DNA from: Verrucomicrobiota bacterium
GTDB taxonomy: Bacteria > Verrucomicrobiota > Verrucomicrobiia > Chthoniobacterales > JAFAMB01
Reading direction: 5' to 3'
NCBI GenBank assembly: GCA_019247695.1
Contig: JAFBAP010000156.1
Span: 10,298-74,297, forward strand
Length of the DNA: 64,000 nt
A program made the translations under genes and the position numbers. Shown here piece after piece: positions 39,901 through 48,763 of this stretch; the stretch's first letter is position 1, and every line of letters starts with the position of its first letter. The notes beneath the pieces are model-generated. The model saw only the letters and a list, made by a program, of their open reading frames with translations. It ran no database searches and was not told where the DNA came from.

Positions 39901-40244
39901 CAGCCCCGGCCGCGACACCGCCGGTATCGAAGACGCGGGCGGAGGCCGGAATGGAAGAAGAACGCCGGCCCGTGCGCCGGGCGGCCCCGGTGTACCACAA
40001 TGAAGAAGACTTCAACCGGGCCCGGGATCGGGCCTACGACCATTTCGATGCTGAGTGGGAGGCCCGCAAAAAGTCGCTCGAACGGGAGAAAGACTATTAC
40101 GATTGGCAAATCGATCATTCGTCGGGCAGCGCCCAGGAGCATTGGAAGGCCAGGAAGGACGACGCGGAGCGGCGGCGCGACCACCTCGATGATGAGAAGG
40201 ATGCCGCCAAACGTGACCTGAAGCGCCGCTGGAACGATGATTAA
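36975..40244 (+). CDS. Hanks-type Ser/Thr kinase with tandem pseudokinase, TM and PEGA domains
   Basis: LGRGAMG, VALK, HRDIKPAN, DFGLAK, GTPHFASPEQ; second degenerate kinase domain; TM; TKPEGATVKVDG-type PEGA repeats. Confidence 0.9.
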   Translation: MAEIDRFQHYQVLKHPDGSLWELGRGAMGVTYKAFDTSLRSEVALKVISAPYLNSEMARQRFLREARAAAQLRHPNVATVFHLGETDGTFFYAMEFVDGETVERRVQRDGPLRVDMALRIARQVARALIAADRQHLVHRDIKPANLMVVRDDDDDHLLVKVIDFGLAKSMVPTTDQSMTVTLGGFVGTPHFASPEQLQERPIDIRSDLYSLGASLWYMLSGRPPFQGSLASVIHQHLGQPLPLEVLAKLPPRVAELLKVMLAKRPEERIQTPADVKQRLDDLISELRGLSPTLVIAPHPGAGAGTGSSSAFATGQVIRGRYQLLGHAPNDRTLFKAKDLHANRIVGLRPLSPGIHHDPARLEAVQQEVQRVRAVYHPNVLPVYGLETHEGGVMLVSQWVAGFSLQELLRVRRELSWEESERLLRPVSTLLDFLADRQLSFHALQLRGILVEAAEAEESQTTLLRTSVAEWPAFTIKVDPLSVATLDEVRMVEPTQTLVELPTGEIAPRPVHQLARLGYELLGGVRVPSSPGAGLPRFTPLANLTELGNSVLRQGLNEPEKFPSALDFLSELAGAQSRMPPSVRPASTAVGTAAAAGKEGPHPEKEPASPAPANEEAALDLRSTATGRLLQLVTALITLLLIGALATLVLTNWRERKPAVVGSEPVARQGAVSVNTKPEGATVKVDGQTLGKTPLIAAPLPSGQQVLVLELPGYHSRPVQALIKEGAVNNLGILPLVYEAGQITVKTDPPGVGFELVGPDGKVTVGNAPATIDNLPVGHYVVHLHRPGFGGTVDQEVNVSAGAPAIVGRAFYGANVTLKSDPEGATIYLGDRELGKTPATVILPGDSVELVSRLGALTPVSQIVKPDPNGSTVVEFKHPYGIVLVTSDRPDAEVNIDGAKLGKPPLQGILPPGRHTVTVRAEGAPEQTRVTDVEDAIKVPLAFTFKPVAETAEVQPDARPPRPVKAGVAEPAPALPAAPAATPPVSKTRAEAGMEEERRPVRRAAPVYHNEEDFNRARDRAYDHFDAEWEARKKSLEREKDYYDWQIDHSSGSAQEHWKARKDDAERRRDHLDDEKDAAKRDLKRRWNDD

Positions 40245-40695
40245 TTCGATTTAGACGGTTATATGGGTAACATTTCGACCGGGTTTCAGTCCCGGCGGGG
40301 TGATGGAACTTAGGCCAGGGTTTAGCCCACTGCCATTTAGTTAAGGGCCGGCGGAGGGCGGCGCTTTCGTCCCGCAGGGATGGCTGATCTTAGCCAGGGA
40401 CTTCAGTCCCTGGAAAGGGCATTCAAGAGGGATCGCGTCCCGTCGGGACGCCTGAAGGCGTGCGCCAAACCAAGCAGACGTCAAAGGTTGGGGGACGTTC
40501 GGGGTTTTGGCGTTGAGGGTTGCGCCGGAGATGCTGCGCACCTCGTTGAACGGGTCTTGCACAAATTTATATAGTTACCTCGGTGGAATTTCGACCGGGT
40601 TCCAGCCCTGAAGGGGCGGCAGAACCTAGCCCAGGGTTTACCCTGGGTAGCCGTCAAATCACGATAAGCCCCGGAGGGGCGGCAGAAGGCGTCAT
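40245..40695. repeat. Composite REP/REPIN cluster
   Basis: CCAGGGACTTCAGTCCCTGG, CGTCCCGTCGGGACG and CCCAGGGTTTACCCTGGG (40630-47); blocks shared with the 20.3 kb and 27.5 kb elements. Confidence 0.8.
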
Positions 40696-40741
40696 AGAGA
40701 AGATTATGGATCAAACGGGTAGCCTACGCCGCATCGGAAGG

Positions 40742-41779
40742 CTATCCCTTCGATCCGCAATCTTTCCTCTGGTGCAGCACCTTGAAGGCGGAACCGGCCC
40801 CTTCCGGATCAGCCAGGAAATCCCGTATTTTATCCTTACCGCGCTGAGGTGCCCAGGTGAGGAGAAACTGTTGCTGGGTTACGCACGCGACCGGGACCAG
40901 ACCCGCGGCTGCGCCCCAGCGTTTCAGGTCGTCAAAGTTCACGTCGGCCGTGAGGTCCTGATGACCCGGACGACGGTAAACATCCAGCCCGGTCAGGCGT
41001 TGGTGATGGACGTAGGCGCGAAGGGTGCCGTCGGGGCGCCGGCGATACACCTCGCGCGCCGAACCGCCATAGTCGACGGTCAGGAGCGATCCACGCCCCA
41101 GCGATTGCCCAAGGCCCCTCAGCCAGCGTCCATAACTTTCATGCACTTCGACCCTTTGCCCCTTAGTCGGGGGAGTCGTCCACCCATTCAGGGCGGAGCT
41201 ATCGGGCAGATCGGCCGCCTCAAACGACCGTTCATCCCACATCCCGTTTTCGTGGCAGAAAAAAAGTTCTCGCCAGCCATCGTCCCCACGGACAAACCGC
41301 CGGCACGGGAAGGCATCCACAAATTCGTTTGAGAAAAGCAAAGCCTCGCCGTCCGCAGCCTCGACGGCGGTTTTCACGTCAGGATGCCAGGACACGCCGT
41401 GCCCTCGGAGGCGTTCGCGCTGAACTTCCCGCAACTTCGTTGAGATTTCGACGATGTGATAACTGAAACCGAGTCGAGCCCGCCAGCCCAACCGGCGCAG
41501 GACGGCTCGGGCCAGGGAGCCGTCGCCCGCGCCTGATTCGATGAGTTGAGGGCGGCGGAAACGTAAACCGGCAGCTTCCGCCTTGGCCCAGGCGGCGATG
41601 GCATACCCGAGCGCGTCGCTCAAGGTCGCCGATGTGCTGAAGTCTCCTTCGCGCCCTACCCTGGCCACGTGCGCGGTGTAGTAACCCGCTTCCGGATCGT
41701 ACAGCGCAAGCTGCATGAAGCGGTCGAATCTCAAACAACCGCCTTCGATTTCCGCTTGTCTGGCCAGCCAGTTCGACAC
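40742..41779 (-). CDS. SAM-dependent methyltransferase, MidA/NDUFAF7 family
   Basis: FMQLALYDPEAGYY, GDFSTS, ESGAGDG, SNEFVDAFP, DYG, QDLTADVNF. Confidence 0.88.
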   Translation of the reverse strand: MSNWLARQAEIEGGCLRFDRFMQLALYDPEAGYYTAHVARVGREGDFSTSATLSDALGYAIAAWAKAEAAGLRFRRPQLIESGAGDGSLARAVLRRLGWRARLGFSYHIVEISTKLREVQRERLRGHGVSWHPDVKTAVEAADGEALLFSNEFVDAFPCRRFVRGDDGWRELFFCHENGMWDERSFEAADLPDSSALNGWTTPPTKGQRVEVHESYGRWLRGLGQSLGRGSLLTVDYGGSAREVYRRRPDGTLRAYVHHQRLTGLDVYRRPGHQDLTADVNFDDLKRWGAAAGLVPVACVTQQQFLLTWAPQRGKDKIRDFLADPEGAGSAFKVLHQRKDCGSKG

Positions 41780-41803
41780 GCCGGTGCCAATCCGTTCAGC
41801 CGC

Positions 41804-42883
41804 TCAGGCGAGCAGGTCGTGTTTGAAGACGGCCGCCCCTTCAACACTTTCAACAAAGTTAGTCAGCAGCAGAATGCAGCGTTCCACGTCGGCAAGGTCC
41901 ACCATTTCCACCGTGGAATGCATGTAGCGTAACGGGATCGACACCAGCGCGCTCGGGATGCCGCCGCGCGTCAGGTAGAGTTGGTCGGTGTCGGTGCCGG
42001 TGCTGCGCGAGGAAGCCTCATGCTGGAGCGGGATAGACGCCTTCTGCGCGGTCTGGATAAGGCGCTGGACAACTTGGGGATGGTTGGCCGTGCCGTGAGT
42101 GATCGATGGGCCGCCGCCCAATTTGGTGCCGCCGTGTTTGTTCCGGTCAATGCCCGGTGAATCCGTCGCGTGGGTCACATCGAGCACGATCGCCACGTCC
42201 GGCCGGAGCCGGTATGCCGCCATTTTGATGCCGTGGCTGCCGATTTCTTCCTGTACCGCGTTGAGCGCCTGGACGGTCGCCACCGGACGGTGGTCCCTGG
42301 CCGCGAGATTCGCCAGGACCTGGGCCAGAATGAAACTTCCGATCCGGTTGTCAATCGCACGCCCGACCATTCGGCCCGGCGTGAGTTCTTCGGCCGTGTC
42401 GACGTATACCACCGGGTGTCCGACCCGGATGCCGCGGCTGTCAACCTCGCCGCGGTTTCGCGCCCCGATGTCGATGAACAATTCGTGCAGTTGCGGCACC
42501 TTTTCGTTTTCACTGTCGCGGAGATGCACGGCGGTATTGCCGATTACTCCCCGCACCGGACCTTGGTCCCCGAGGATCTGAACCCGCTTGCCGCGCGCGA
42601 TCGCCCGGTCGCTGCCGCCCGTGCGCGTTACGTAAAGGAAACCTTCCTCAGAAATGTTCTGGATCATGAATCCGATCTCGTCCGCGTGCGCCTCCAGCAT
42701 GATTTTAAAGGATGGGTTCGTGCCGTTTCGCACGGCCCAGGCGTTCCCGTACGCGTCGTTTTCCACCGCGTCGGCAAACCGGCTTACGAATCTGAGCCAC
42801 ACCTTTTGGCCCTCCACTTCGAACCCGGACGGGCTGGGGGTGTTCAGCAGCTGAAAAAGGAAATGTTTAGCGTCGCTGTTCAT
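41804..42883 (-). CDS. M42-family aminopeptidase
   Basis: PSPSGFE, AHADEIG, AIDNRIG, QEEIG, LDVTH, RYMHS. Confidence 0.9.
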   Translation of the reverse strand: MNSDAKHFLFQLLNTPSPSGFEVEGQKVWLRFVSRFADAVENDAYGNAWAVRNGTNPSFKIMLEAHADEIGFMIQNISEEGFLYVTRTGGSDRAIARGKRVQILGDQGPVRGVIGNTAVHLRDSENEKVPQLHELFIDIGARNRGEVDSRGIRVGHPVVYVDTAEELTPGRMVGRAIDNRIGSFILAQVLANLAARDHRPVATVQALNAVQEEIGSHGIKMAAYRLRPDVAIVLDVTHATDSPGIDRNKHGGTKLGGGPSITHGTANHPQVVQRLIQTAQKASIPLQHEASSRSTGTDTDQLYLTRGGIPSALVSIPLRYMHSTVEMVDLADVERCILLLTNFVESVEGAAVFKHDLLA

Positions 42884-42981
42884 GCTTCAAACGACAGCTA
42901 ACGTGAGAACACCTGCGATTGCAAAAAGTAGCGGGCGTCCGCGGCTTGCAAAGCGGCTCGGAAATAGGCACAGTATACCTT

Positions 42982-43203
42982 ATGTCCCTTTCTGAGCGCG
43001 CCGCCAAAGCCGCAAAGATCGCTGAGGAACCTCAGCTATACAAAGTTTGTGAAGGTTGTGATTCGATTGTAACCAAGCGCGTCACGACTTGCCCCAGCTG
43101 CCACGGTTACCGGTTCAACGAGGATCCGCAGGCGGTTGTCCAGCAGGCCAAGATTCTTGGCACCCGCGAGAAGACCAGCGTTCTGACCGAAGACCTACAG
43201 TAG
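42982..43203 (+). CDS. Small zinc-ribbon protein
   Basis: CEGC..CPSC; preceded by TTGCAA-17 bp-CACAGT. Confidence 0.7.
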   Translation: MSLSERAAKAAKIAEEPQLYKVCEGCDSIVTKRVTTCPSCHGYRFNEDPQAVVQQAKILGTREKTSVLTEDLQ

Positions 43204-43287
43204 AATCGTTGGCCTTGGGGCCCGTTGCGGGCGGGATCAGCCGGTCCGGTGCTCTCCGGCGGCCATGCCGGTTTTCCGTTTCAGCGG

Positions 43288-44334
43288 TTATACCGGTTCA
43301 TTTTCCGAACCGAGGGCCTTTTGCGGAGCCAGATAGCCCTTCACATAATCCTCCACGGCCGTTTCCAGCGTGAAACGGGGGCCCGTGTAGCCCGTCTTGC
43401 GAAGCCTCCGGATGTTCGCCTCCGTAAAATACTGGTATTTTCCCTTGAGCGTGTCCGGCATCTCCACGAACTCGATCTGGACCGGGCGATCCATGGCCTG
43501 AAATAAGGCATCGGCAAGGTCGATCCAGGTCCGTGCTCGCCCGGATCCTAAGTTGAAGATGCCGTTGGCTGAGGGGGTTTCGGCGAGGTGAATCGTCATC
43601 TCGACCGCATCCTTCACGTAGAGAAAGTCACGTTTCTGCTCGCCATCGCGAAATTCGGGGCGGTAACTGCGAAACAGTTGGATCACACCCGTCCGTCGTA
43701 CCTGTTCAAACGCTTTCTGGACGAGGCTGCGCATCTCGCCTTTGTGACCCTCGTTCGGGCCGAACACGTTGAAGTACTTAAGCCCGACGATTTGAGAGAG
43801 GTAATCGTTCCGCTTTGCGTGCAGATCGAACAAATGTTTGGAGTACCCGTACGCGTTCAGGGGACGCAGCCGTTCCAGGCCGCCTTCGTCGTCCTCCATC
43901 CCTCGGGTGCCGTCTCCGTAGGTGGCGGCGGAAGATGCGTACACGAAACGCATGTCATGCCGTAAGGCCCATCGGCAGAGCTGCTTTGTGTACTCGAAGT
44001 TGTTTCGCATCAGGTAACCGGCGTCGCGTTCCGTGGTAGCTGAACAAGCGCCCAGATGGAAAACGGTGCGGACTTCGCCAAGCGCCGGATCATTTGCAAG
44101 CACCCGTTCCAGGAGGCTGTCGGCTCCCACGTAATCATCGAACTGCAGGTTAACGAGGTTACGCCACTTCTCGTCGGTGCCGAGGCGGTCGCTTACCAGG
44201 ATGCGGTAAAGGCCACGCCGGTTTAATGCCCAGACCAGGGCACTGCCGATGAAACCGGCACCCCCGGTCACCAGAATTTTGCCGCCATTCAAGGTGCTCA
44301 CGCGCGTTGCAATCACGAGCCCATCGGCGTTCAT
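43288..44334 (-). CDS. rfaD: ADP-L-glycero-D-manno-heptose 6-epimerase
   Basis: VTGGAGFIGS, HLGACSATTE, ASSAATYG, PLNAYGYSK, YQYFTEA; true start may be GTG 44301. Confidence 0.92.
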   Translation of the reverse strand: MNADGLVIATRVSTLNGGKILVTGGAGFIGSALVWALNRRGLYRILVSDRLGTDEKWRNLVNLQFDDYVGADSLLERVLANDPALGEVRTVFHLGACSATTERDAGYLMRNNFEYTKQLCRWALRHDMRFVYASSAATYGDGTRGMEDDEGGLERLRPLNAYGYSKHLFDLHAKRNDYLSQIVGLKYFNVFGPNEGHKGEMRSLVQKAFEQVRRTGVIQLFRSYRPEFRDGEQKRDFLYVKDAVEMTIHLAETPSANGIFNLGSGRARTWIDLADALFQAMDRPVQIEFVEMPDTLKGKYQYFTEANIRRLRKTGYTGPRFTLETAVEDYVKGYLAPQKALGSENEPV

Positions 44335-44360
44335 TGTGCAACTCTAAAAGCGACGTTTGG

Positions 44361-44819
44361 ATGCCTAGGTTTATCGTTCCACTCGGTGGGGTCCTCTTTT
44401 TTGTTCTTGCCGCAATGTTGTGGGTCTTGACCCGGAATCCGTCACCACCCATCCGTGCGGAGCAGCCCGACGAGTTTTCGGCCTTGCGGGGCTTGGCTGA
44501 ACGCACTGCCCGGCAGGTGCTGCCGGAGGCCGGTGTCACCCGGCAGAAGGTGGAGCTTACGGTACCCAAGGCGAGAATTGAGGATGAAACCAGCCGGGTA
44601 AAGACGCTGGCCGCCGGCTTTGGCGGCAGCGCCATCGCTTCCCCGCTTGGGGATGGCGGAGCTGACCTTTTGGTGCAGTTACCGGTCGAACGCAGCGCCG
44701 CCTTTCTGGCCGCCGTGGCGGGTCCCGCCGAACCACGCCTCCCGATGCCGGCATCAACCAGTGCAGACAAAGTATTTGTCGAAGTGATCCTGGAGGACGT
44801 GCCGGCCCCCGCGCTATGA
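44361..44819 (+). CDS. Hypothetical membrane-anchored protein
   Basis: N-terminal TM; ATGA coupling to the next gene. Confidence 0.6.
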   Translation: MPRFIVPLGGVLFFVLAAMLWVLTRNPSPPIRAEQPDEFSALRGLAERTARQVLPEAGVTRQKVELTVPKARIEDETSRVKTLAAGFGGSAIASPLGDGGADLLVQLPVERSAAFLAAVAGPAEPRLPMPASTSADKVFVEVILEDVPAPAL

Positions 44820-45490
44820 TTCTGGTCACCTTCGCTCTGCCTGCTGAAGGTCAACCTTTTGAGCGCCGGCTGCGTCGCCGGGTAGGAAGAGGCCCATGCC
44901 TCCGTGGTGAGTTGCATGGAACGCCGGTCGGCGTCGTCTACGTTGGGATAGGGTTCAAACAGCAGGATGCCCTTAAGCGTTGCCTTGACCAATGCAAGCC
45001 GCGTCTGGTCATCTGCTCGGGGTTTGCCGGCAGCCTGCGATCCTTGGTCCGGCCGGGGGATTTTCTCATTGCCCGCAACTTCTCAACGGTCGGGTCTATC
45101 CAACCCTACCTCGACCGGGCGGAGGCGGCCGGTGAATTTCTGAACGTGACTACGGTCACTTCGGCGGCGGCCAAAGCCGGGTTATCCGTCAGCGGATCCT
45201 TTCTGGCGATCGACATGGAGTCCGCCGAAGTCAGCCGTACCTGCGCGGCGCACGGCGTGCCCGTCCTGGTCGCTCGGATGATCTCGGATGCCGTCGACGA
45301 AGAGATTCCGGGCTTGTTCCTGGGCCGCCCCCTCCGGCACCCCCGGGAATTGGTTGAGGCCGTCCGTTTCGCCGCCCGGATGCTGTCGCTTCGCGCGCGT
45401 CTGGCCGGCCGGCTCAGCGAGTTGATCCGGCCATCCGCGTTCACGTTCGCGTCCGGCGATGGTCCTGTGCAGCCGGAAGGCCGATTATAA
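44816..45490 (+). CDS. Nucleoside phosphorylase / MTA-SAH nucleosidase family (HpnG-like)
   Basis: VTFALPAE, VGIG, SGFAGSL, AIDMES, RMISD. Confidence 0.8.
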   Translation: MILVTFALPAEGQPFERRLRRRVGRGPCLRGELHGTPVGVVYVGIGFKQQDALKRCLDQCKPRLVICSGFAGSLRSLVRPGDFLIARNFSTVGSIQPYLDRAEAAGEFLNVTTVTSAAAKAGLSVSGSFLAIDMESAEVSRTCAAHGVPVLVARMISDAVDEEIPGLFLGRPLRHPRELVEAVRFAARMLSLRARLAGRLSELIRPSAFTFASGDGPVQPEGRL

Positions 45491-47344
45491 GAGGAGCTGC
45501 GCCGGGCCGGCAACTTCCGGCCGTACGCCACCCTCGGCACCGCCTTCCGGCGGCGCCGGCAACACGAGTGGCAGGATGCCTCGGAGCGCCTGTTGCAGAT
45601 TCGTATAGACGCCGACGGCCAACGATTCGCGCAGCCGCCTGATCAGGCGGGCGGCGCCTTTGTGCGGTAAACTCCACAGGCCGACGAGGATGGTGGCCTC
45701 GGGCAGTGTAGTTCGCAGGAACCGGACCATATTGTCAACGGCCGGTGCTGATTTTACGTCGATCGAGGAAAGGAGGACGGTGGTCGCCTGAAGTTCCTTG
45801 AATCGTTCCTGCTTTTCGGCACGCAGCATTTTTCCCGAAAGCACGTGAGCGTTGACGCCTTCCCCCCGCAGCAAGACCTCGATCACTTGGCCCACGATCT
45901 CGTCGCCTTCCGTAATGAACGGCATGATCACCAAGGCCGGTGGTTCCGACGCAGCCTGTTCCAGGTTGGCTTCGGCCGGTCCACTTGGCAGGGGAGGCGC
46001 CAACTCGTCGATCAACTCGCGCATTTGCTGGTAAATCCGCGCCTTCACCTGCTTGGAAGCCGAGCCGGGGAAAAGCTCGTTTTCGATGGTGCGGATCATC
46101 GGCATCAGCACTTCTTCCGCCGTTTCCAAGGTCAGCCGCGCTCCGGTAATTTCGTGCAGGAGCGTCTTTGCCTCCGCGATCCTGTTCTCCGTGAGCAGGC
46201 GCACCAGCTTTACCTCCATGGCCGTCGGCGGTTCCGAAGCGAGCAGGATGCTGCAGAAGTGAAACGCTGGGAAATAACGCCCCAGGACAACCAGGCAAGC
46301 CGTTAACGGGGTGGCCAGCACCAAGCCGATCCCGCCCCAAAGCCAGGTCCAGAAGAGTGCCGCCGTGATAACCGCCAGGGGAGACATTCCCGTGCTGCCC
46401 CCTAATACGATGGGCTCAACCACATTGTTGGTAGACACCTCAAGGATGCAGTAAAGGCCCAGCGTCAGCACCGGCGTCATCCAACCCGTCGAAGTGGCAA
46501 TCGACAGCAAAATGGGAAAAGCCGCCGAAATCCAGATACCCACGTAGGGCAAAAATCGCAGCGCCATCGTGAGCACCGCCCAAAGAACGGCGTTCGGGAT
46601 TCCAAGAAAATAAAGCCCGATACCAACCGCCAGGGCGAAAACGCTGTTCACCTGGAGTTGCGCCCGGAGAAACCCGCTGAGACGGGTGCCGGCCTCATCC
46701 ACGGCCAATGTGGTCATGGCGGTATGCGAATGGCCGACCAGCCGCAGGAATCGACGGCGGATCCGCTGGCGCTCCAGGAGCATGAACACGACGAGCAGCA
46801 CGACGATGACGCCTTCAGTCACCGGGCCCACCAGAGGGGTCAGGCTGTTTCGCGCCAGCGCCAGGAGCCCCTCGCCGCTGCCAACAATCTGAACCTTCGT
46901 CGGCTGGCCCTGCTGCTGGGCGTCAGCGGCGGAGGCCGAGACCTTCCCAAGCTCGTTGACCAGGTCGCTCACGTTCTGCATCGCGACGCTGAACGGTCCG
47001 GGCGGCCCATGCTGGAGCGATTCCCAGCGGGCCACGATGTTGCTCCGGTATTTCGGGACCGAATTGATCAGGTCCAACGCCTGCGTGGACACGACCGCGC
47101 AGAGGACCCCGATGATGATGAAGGCAATGGCCACAACGCTCAACACGGCCACTACCCGCTTGAACCCGCGGCTTTCCAACCACGATACGGTCGGCGTCAG
47201 CAGCAGGCTGAGTAACCCTGCAAAAGCAACAGGCAACAGAAAATCTTTCGCCCAGGCAAGGGTCCCGAGGACGAGAAGGAAATACGCAAGGTGAATCAGC
47301 TTGCGCAGTTCCGAAGGAGTCTTGAATTCTACGGCTTCCGGCAT
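45485..47344 (-). CDS. AI-2E family transporter with cytoplasmic C-terminal domain
   Basis: Multiple TMs, LRFLPYVG, NNVVEP, FWTWLWG..LATPLT. Confidence 0.88.
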   Translation of the reverse strand: MPEAVEFKTPSELRKLIHLAYFLLVLGTLAWAKDFLLPVAFAGLLSLLLTPTVSWLESRGFKRVVAVLSVVAIAFIIIGVLCAVVSTQALDLINSVPKYRSNIVARWESLQHGPPGPFSVAMQNVSDLVNELGKVSASAADAQQQGQPTKVQIVGSGEGLLALARNSLTPLVGPVTEGVIVVLLVVFMLLERQRIRRRFLRLVGHSHTAMTTLAVDEAGTRLSGFLRAQLQVNSVFALAVGIGLYFLGIPNAVLWAVLTMALRFLPYVGIWISAAFPILLSIATSTGWMTPVLTLGLYCILEVSTNNVVEPIVLGGSTGMSPLAVITAALFWTWLWGGIGLVLATPLTACLVVLGRYFPAFHFCSILLASEPPTAMEVKLVRLLTENRIAEAKTLLHEITGARLTLETAEEVLMPMIRTIENELFPGSASKQVKARIYQQMRELIDELAPPLPSGPAEANLEQAASEPPALVIMPFITEGDEIVGQVIEVLLRGEGVNAHVLSGKMLRAEKQERFKELQATTVLLSSIDVKSAPAVDNMVRFLRTTLPEATILVGLWSLPHKGAARLIRRLRESLAVGVYTNLQQALRGILPLVLPAPPEGGAEGGVRPEVAGPAQLLL

Positions 47345-47532
47345 AAAATGAGCTACTGCTCAGACGGGATTCCAATGTATAATAATCGATCCGGGTCGCG
47401 GTTTGGATCGTCGCCGGTCCCCTGGACGGTTGTCACGCGGCAGGCGCGGCGGCGAAAAGAGTCGCACGGCGGAAAGAAGAATTACAGGCTTGACATTCGC
47501 GACTCACCCCCAAGATCGACCCGGCACCCGGC

Positions 47533-48762
47533 TCAGTCCGACATCGCTCGATTTGCCGGTACCTCAACGGCAGCGCCTCTTACCTTAGGTTTGAGCTGAC
47601 GCAGCGTAAATGCCAGGAAGAACGCGCCTAACATCAACACCGCCCCTGCCACAAAAGGCGTGTTGCCGTACTGAAAATGTGCCCGGCTATGGTCGGCCGC
47701 CAGCAAGAAGCCGCCCATGGCCGGCCCAAACACCCGGCCGAGGCTGCCCGCCGCCTGTAACGTCCCGAGCACCCGGCCCTGCACGGCGCCGGAAGCGCCT
47801 TTCGAGGCCAGCGCGTTCAGCGTCGGCGTAGACAAACTGTTGCCTGCAGCCAGGCCGATGCTGAAAAGCACAAAGAGCGGCAACGACGTGGCCAGGGGCA
47901 TCAGGCCCATGCTCAGCGCCAGGAGAAAAAGACCGGTTACGGCGAGATTCAGATCGCCGTAGCGCTTGCTCAACCTTCCGATTGCACCGCCCTGGATCAG
48001 GGCACCGATCAGGCCGATCAGGACGAAGAGGTAACTGATCTGGCTTTGTTTCAGGCTGAACCGGCGGGCGCTCACCTGCGGGTAGATCATCGTCACCACG
48101 GCAAACCCGGCAATCGCAACGAAATAGGTGAGGGTCAGGATCGCCAGACGCCGGCCGCCCGCCGCGGCGAGAATGGCGCGCAGTCCGGTAGGGGCACGCT
48201 CGCTGGCGAGCAGGTGCCGTTCGGGTTCAGGCAGGAAGGCCAGGACTGCCGCACCGTTCAACAAGGCAATGACCGCGGCAAACCAGAAAGGCGCCACGGG
48301 CGACCATTGGCTCAGGATTCCCCCCAGGGCCGGGCCCAGCACGAAGCCGACGCCAAACGCCGCCCCGATCAAGCCCATGCGCCGGGACCGGTTCTCCGGG
48401 GGAGTAATGTCGGCGATGTAAGCCGAGGCGGTGCCCACGCTCGCTCCCGCCGCGCCGGCGATGATGCGCGCCAGGAACAGCATCCAGAGCGCACCGGCGC
48501 TGGCCATGAGAACGTAGCCGATCGCAGATCCCAGCAGGCTTCCGAACAACACGGGTCTGCGGCCAAACCGGTCGGAAAAGCTGCCCAGGAGAGGCGAAGC
48601 CAGAAACTGCATGAAGGAATAGGAGGCCAGCAGCAAACCAATCTGCCATTCGTTGGCCGCAAACTGCTGGGCATACAACGGCAGGATCGGGATGATCATC
48701 CCGAAGCCGATCAGGTCGATAAAGATAATGCCTAAAATGATGCCGAGAGGTGATTTCTTCAT
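47533..48762 (-). CDS. MFS transporter (TetA/DHA1-like)
   Basis: GSFSDRFGRRPVL motif A, AYIADIT, GPALGG. Confidence 0.9.
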   Translation of the reverse strand: MKKSPLGIILGIIFIDLIGFGMIIPILPLYAQQFAANEWQIGLLLASYSFMQFLASPLLGSFSDRFGRRPVLFGSLLGSAIGYVLMASAGALWMLFLARIIAGAAGASVGTASAYIADITPPENRSRRMGLIGAAFGVGFVLGPALGGILSQWSPVAPFWFAAVIALLNGAAVLAFLPEPERHLLASERAPTGLRAILAAAGGRRLAILTLTYFVAIAGFAVVTMIYPQVSARRFSLKQSQISYLFVLIGLIGALIQGGAIGRLSKRYGDLNLAVTGLFLLALSMGLMPLATSLPLFVLFSIGLAAGNSLSTPTLNALASKGASGAVQGRVLGTLQAAGSLGRVFGPAMGGFLLAADHSRAHFQYGNTPFVAGAVLMLGAFFLAFTLRQLKPKVRGAAVEVPANRAMSD

Positions 48763-48763
48763 G

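Noticed and set aside
40583-41332. 249-aa ORF starting in the REP cluster
   Set aside because: Starts in REP sequence (SPGFTLG) and runs antisense to the MidA-like methyltransferase
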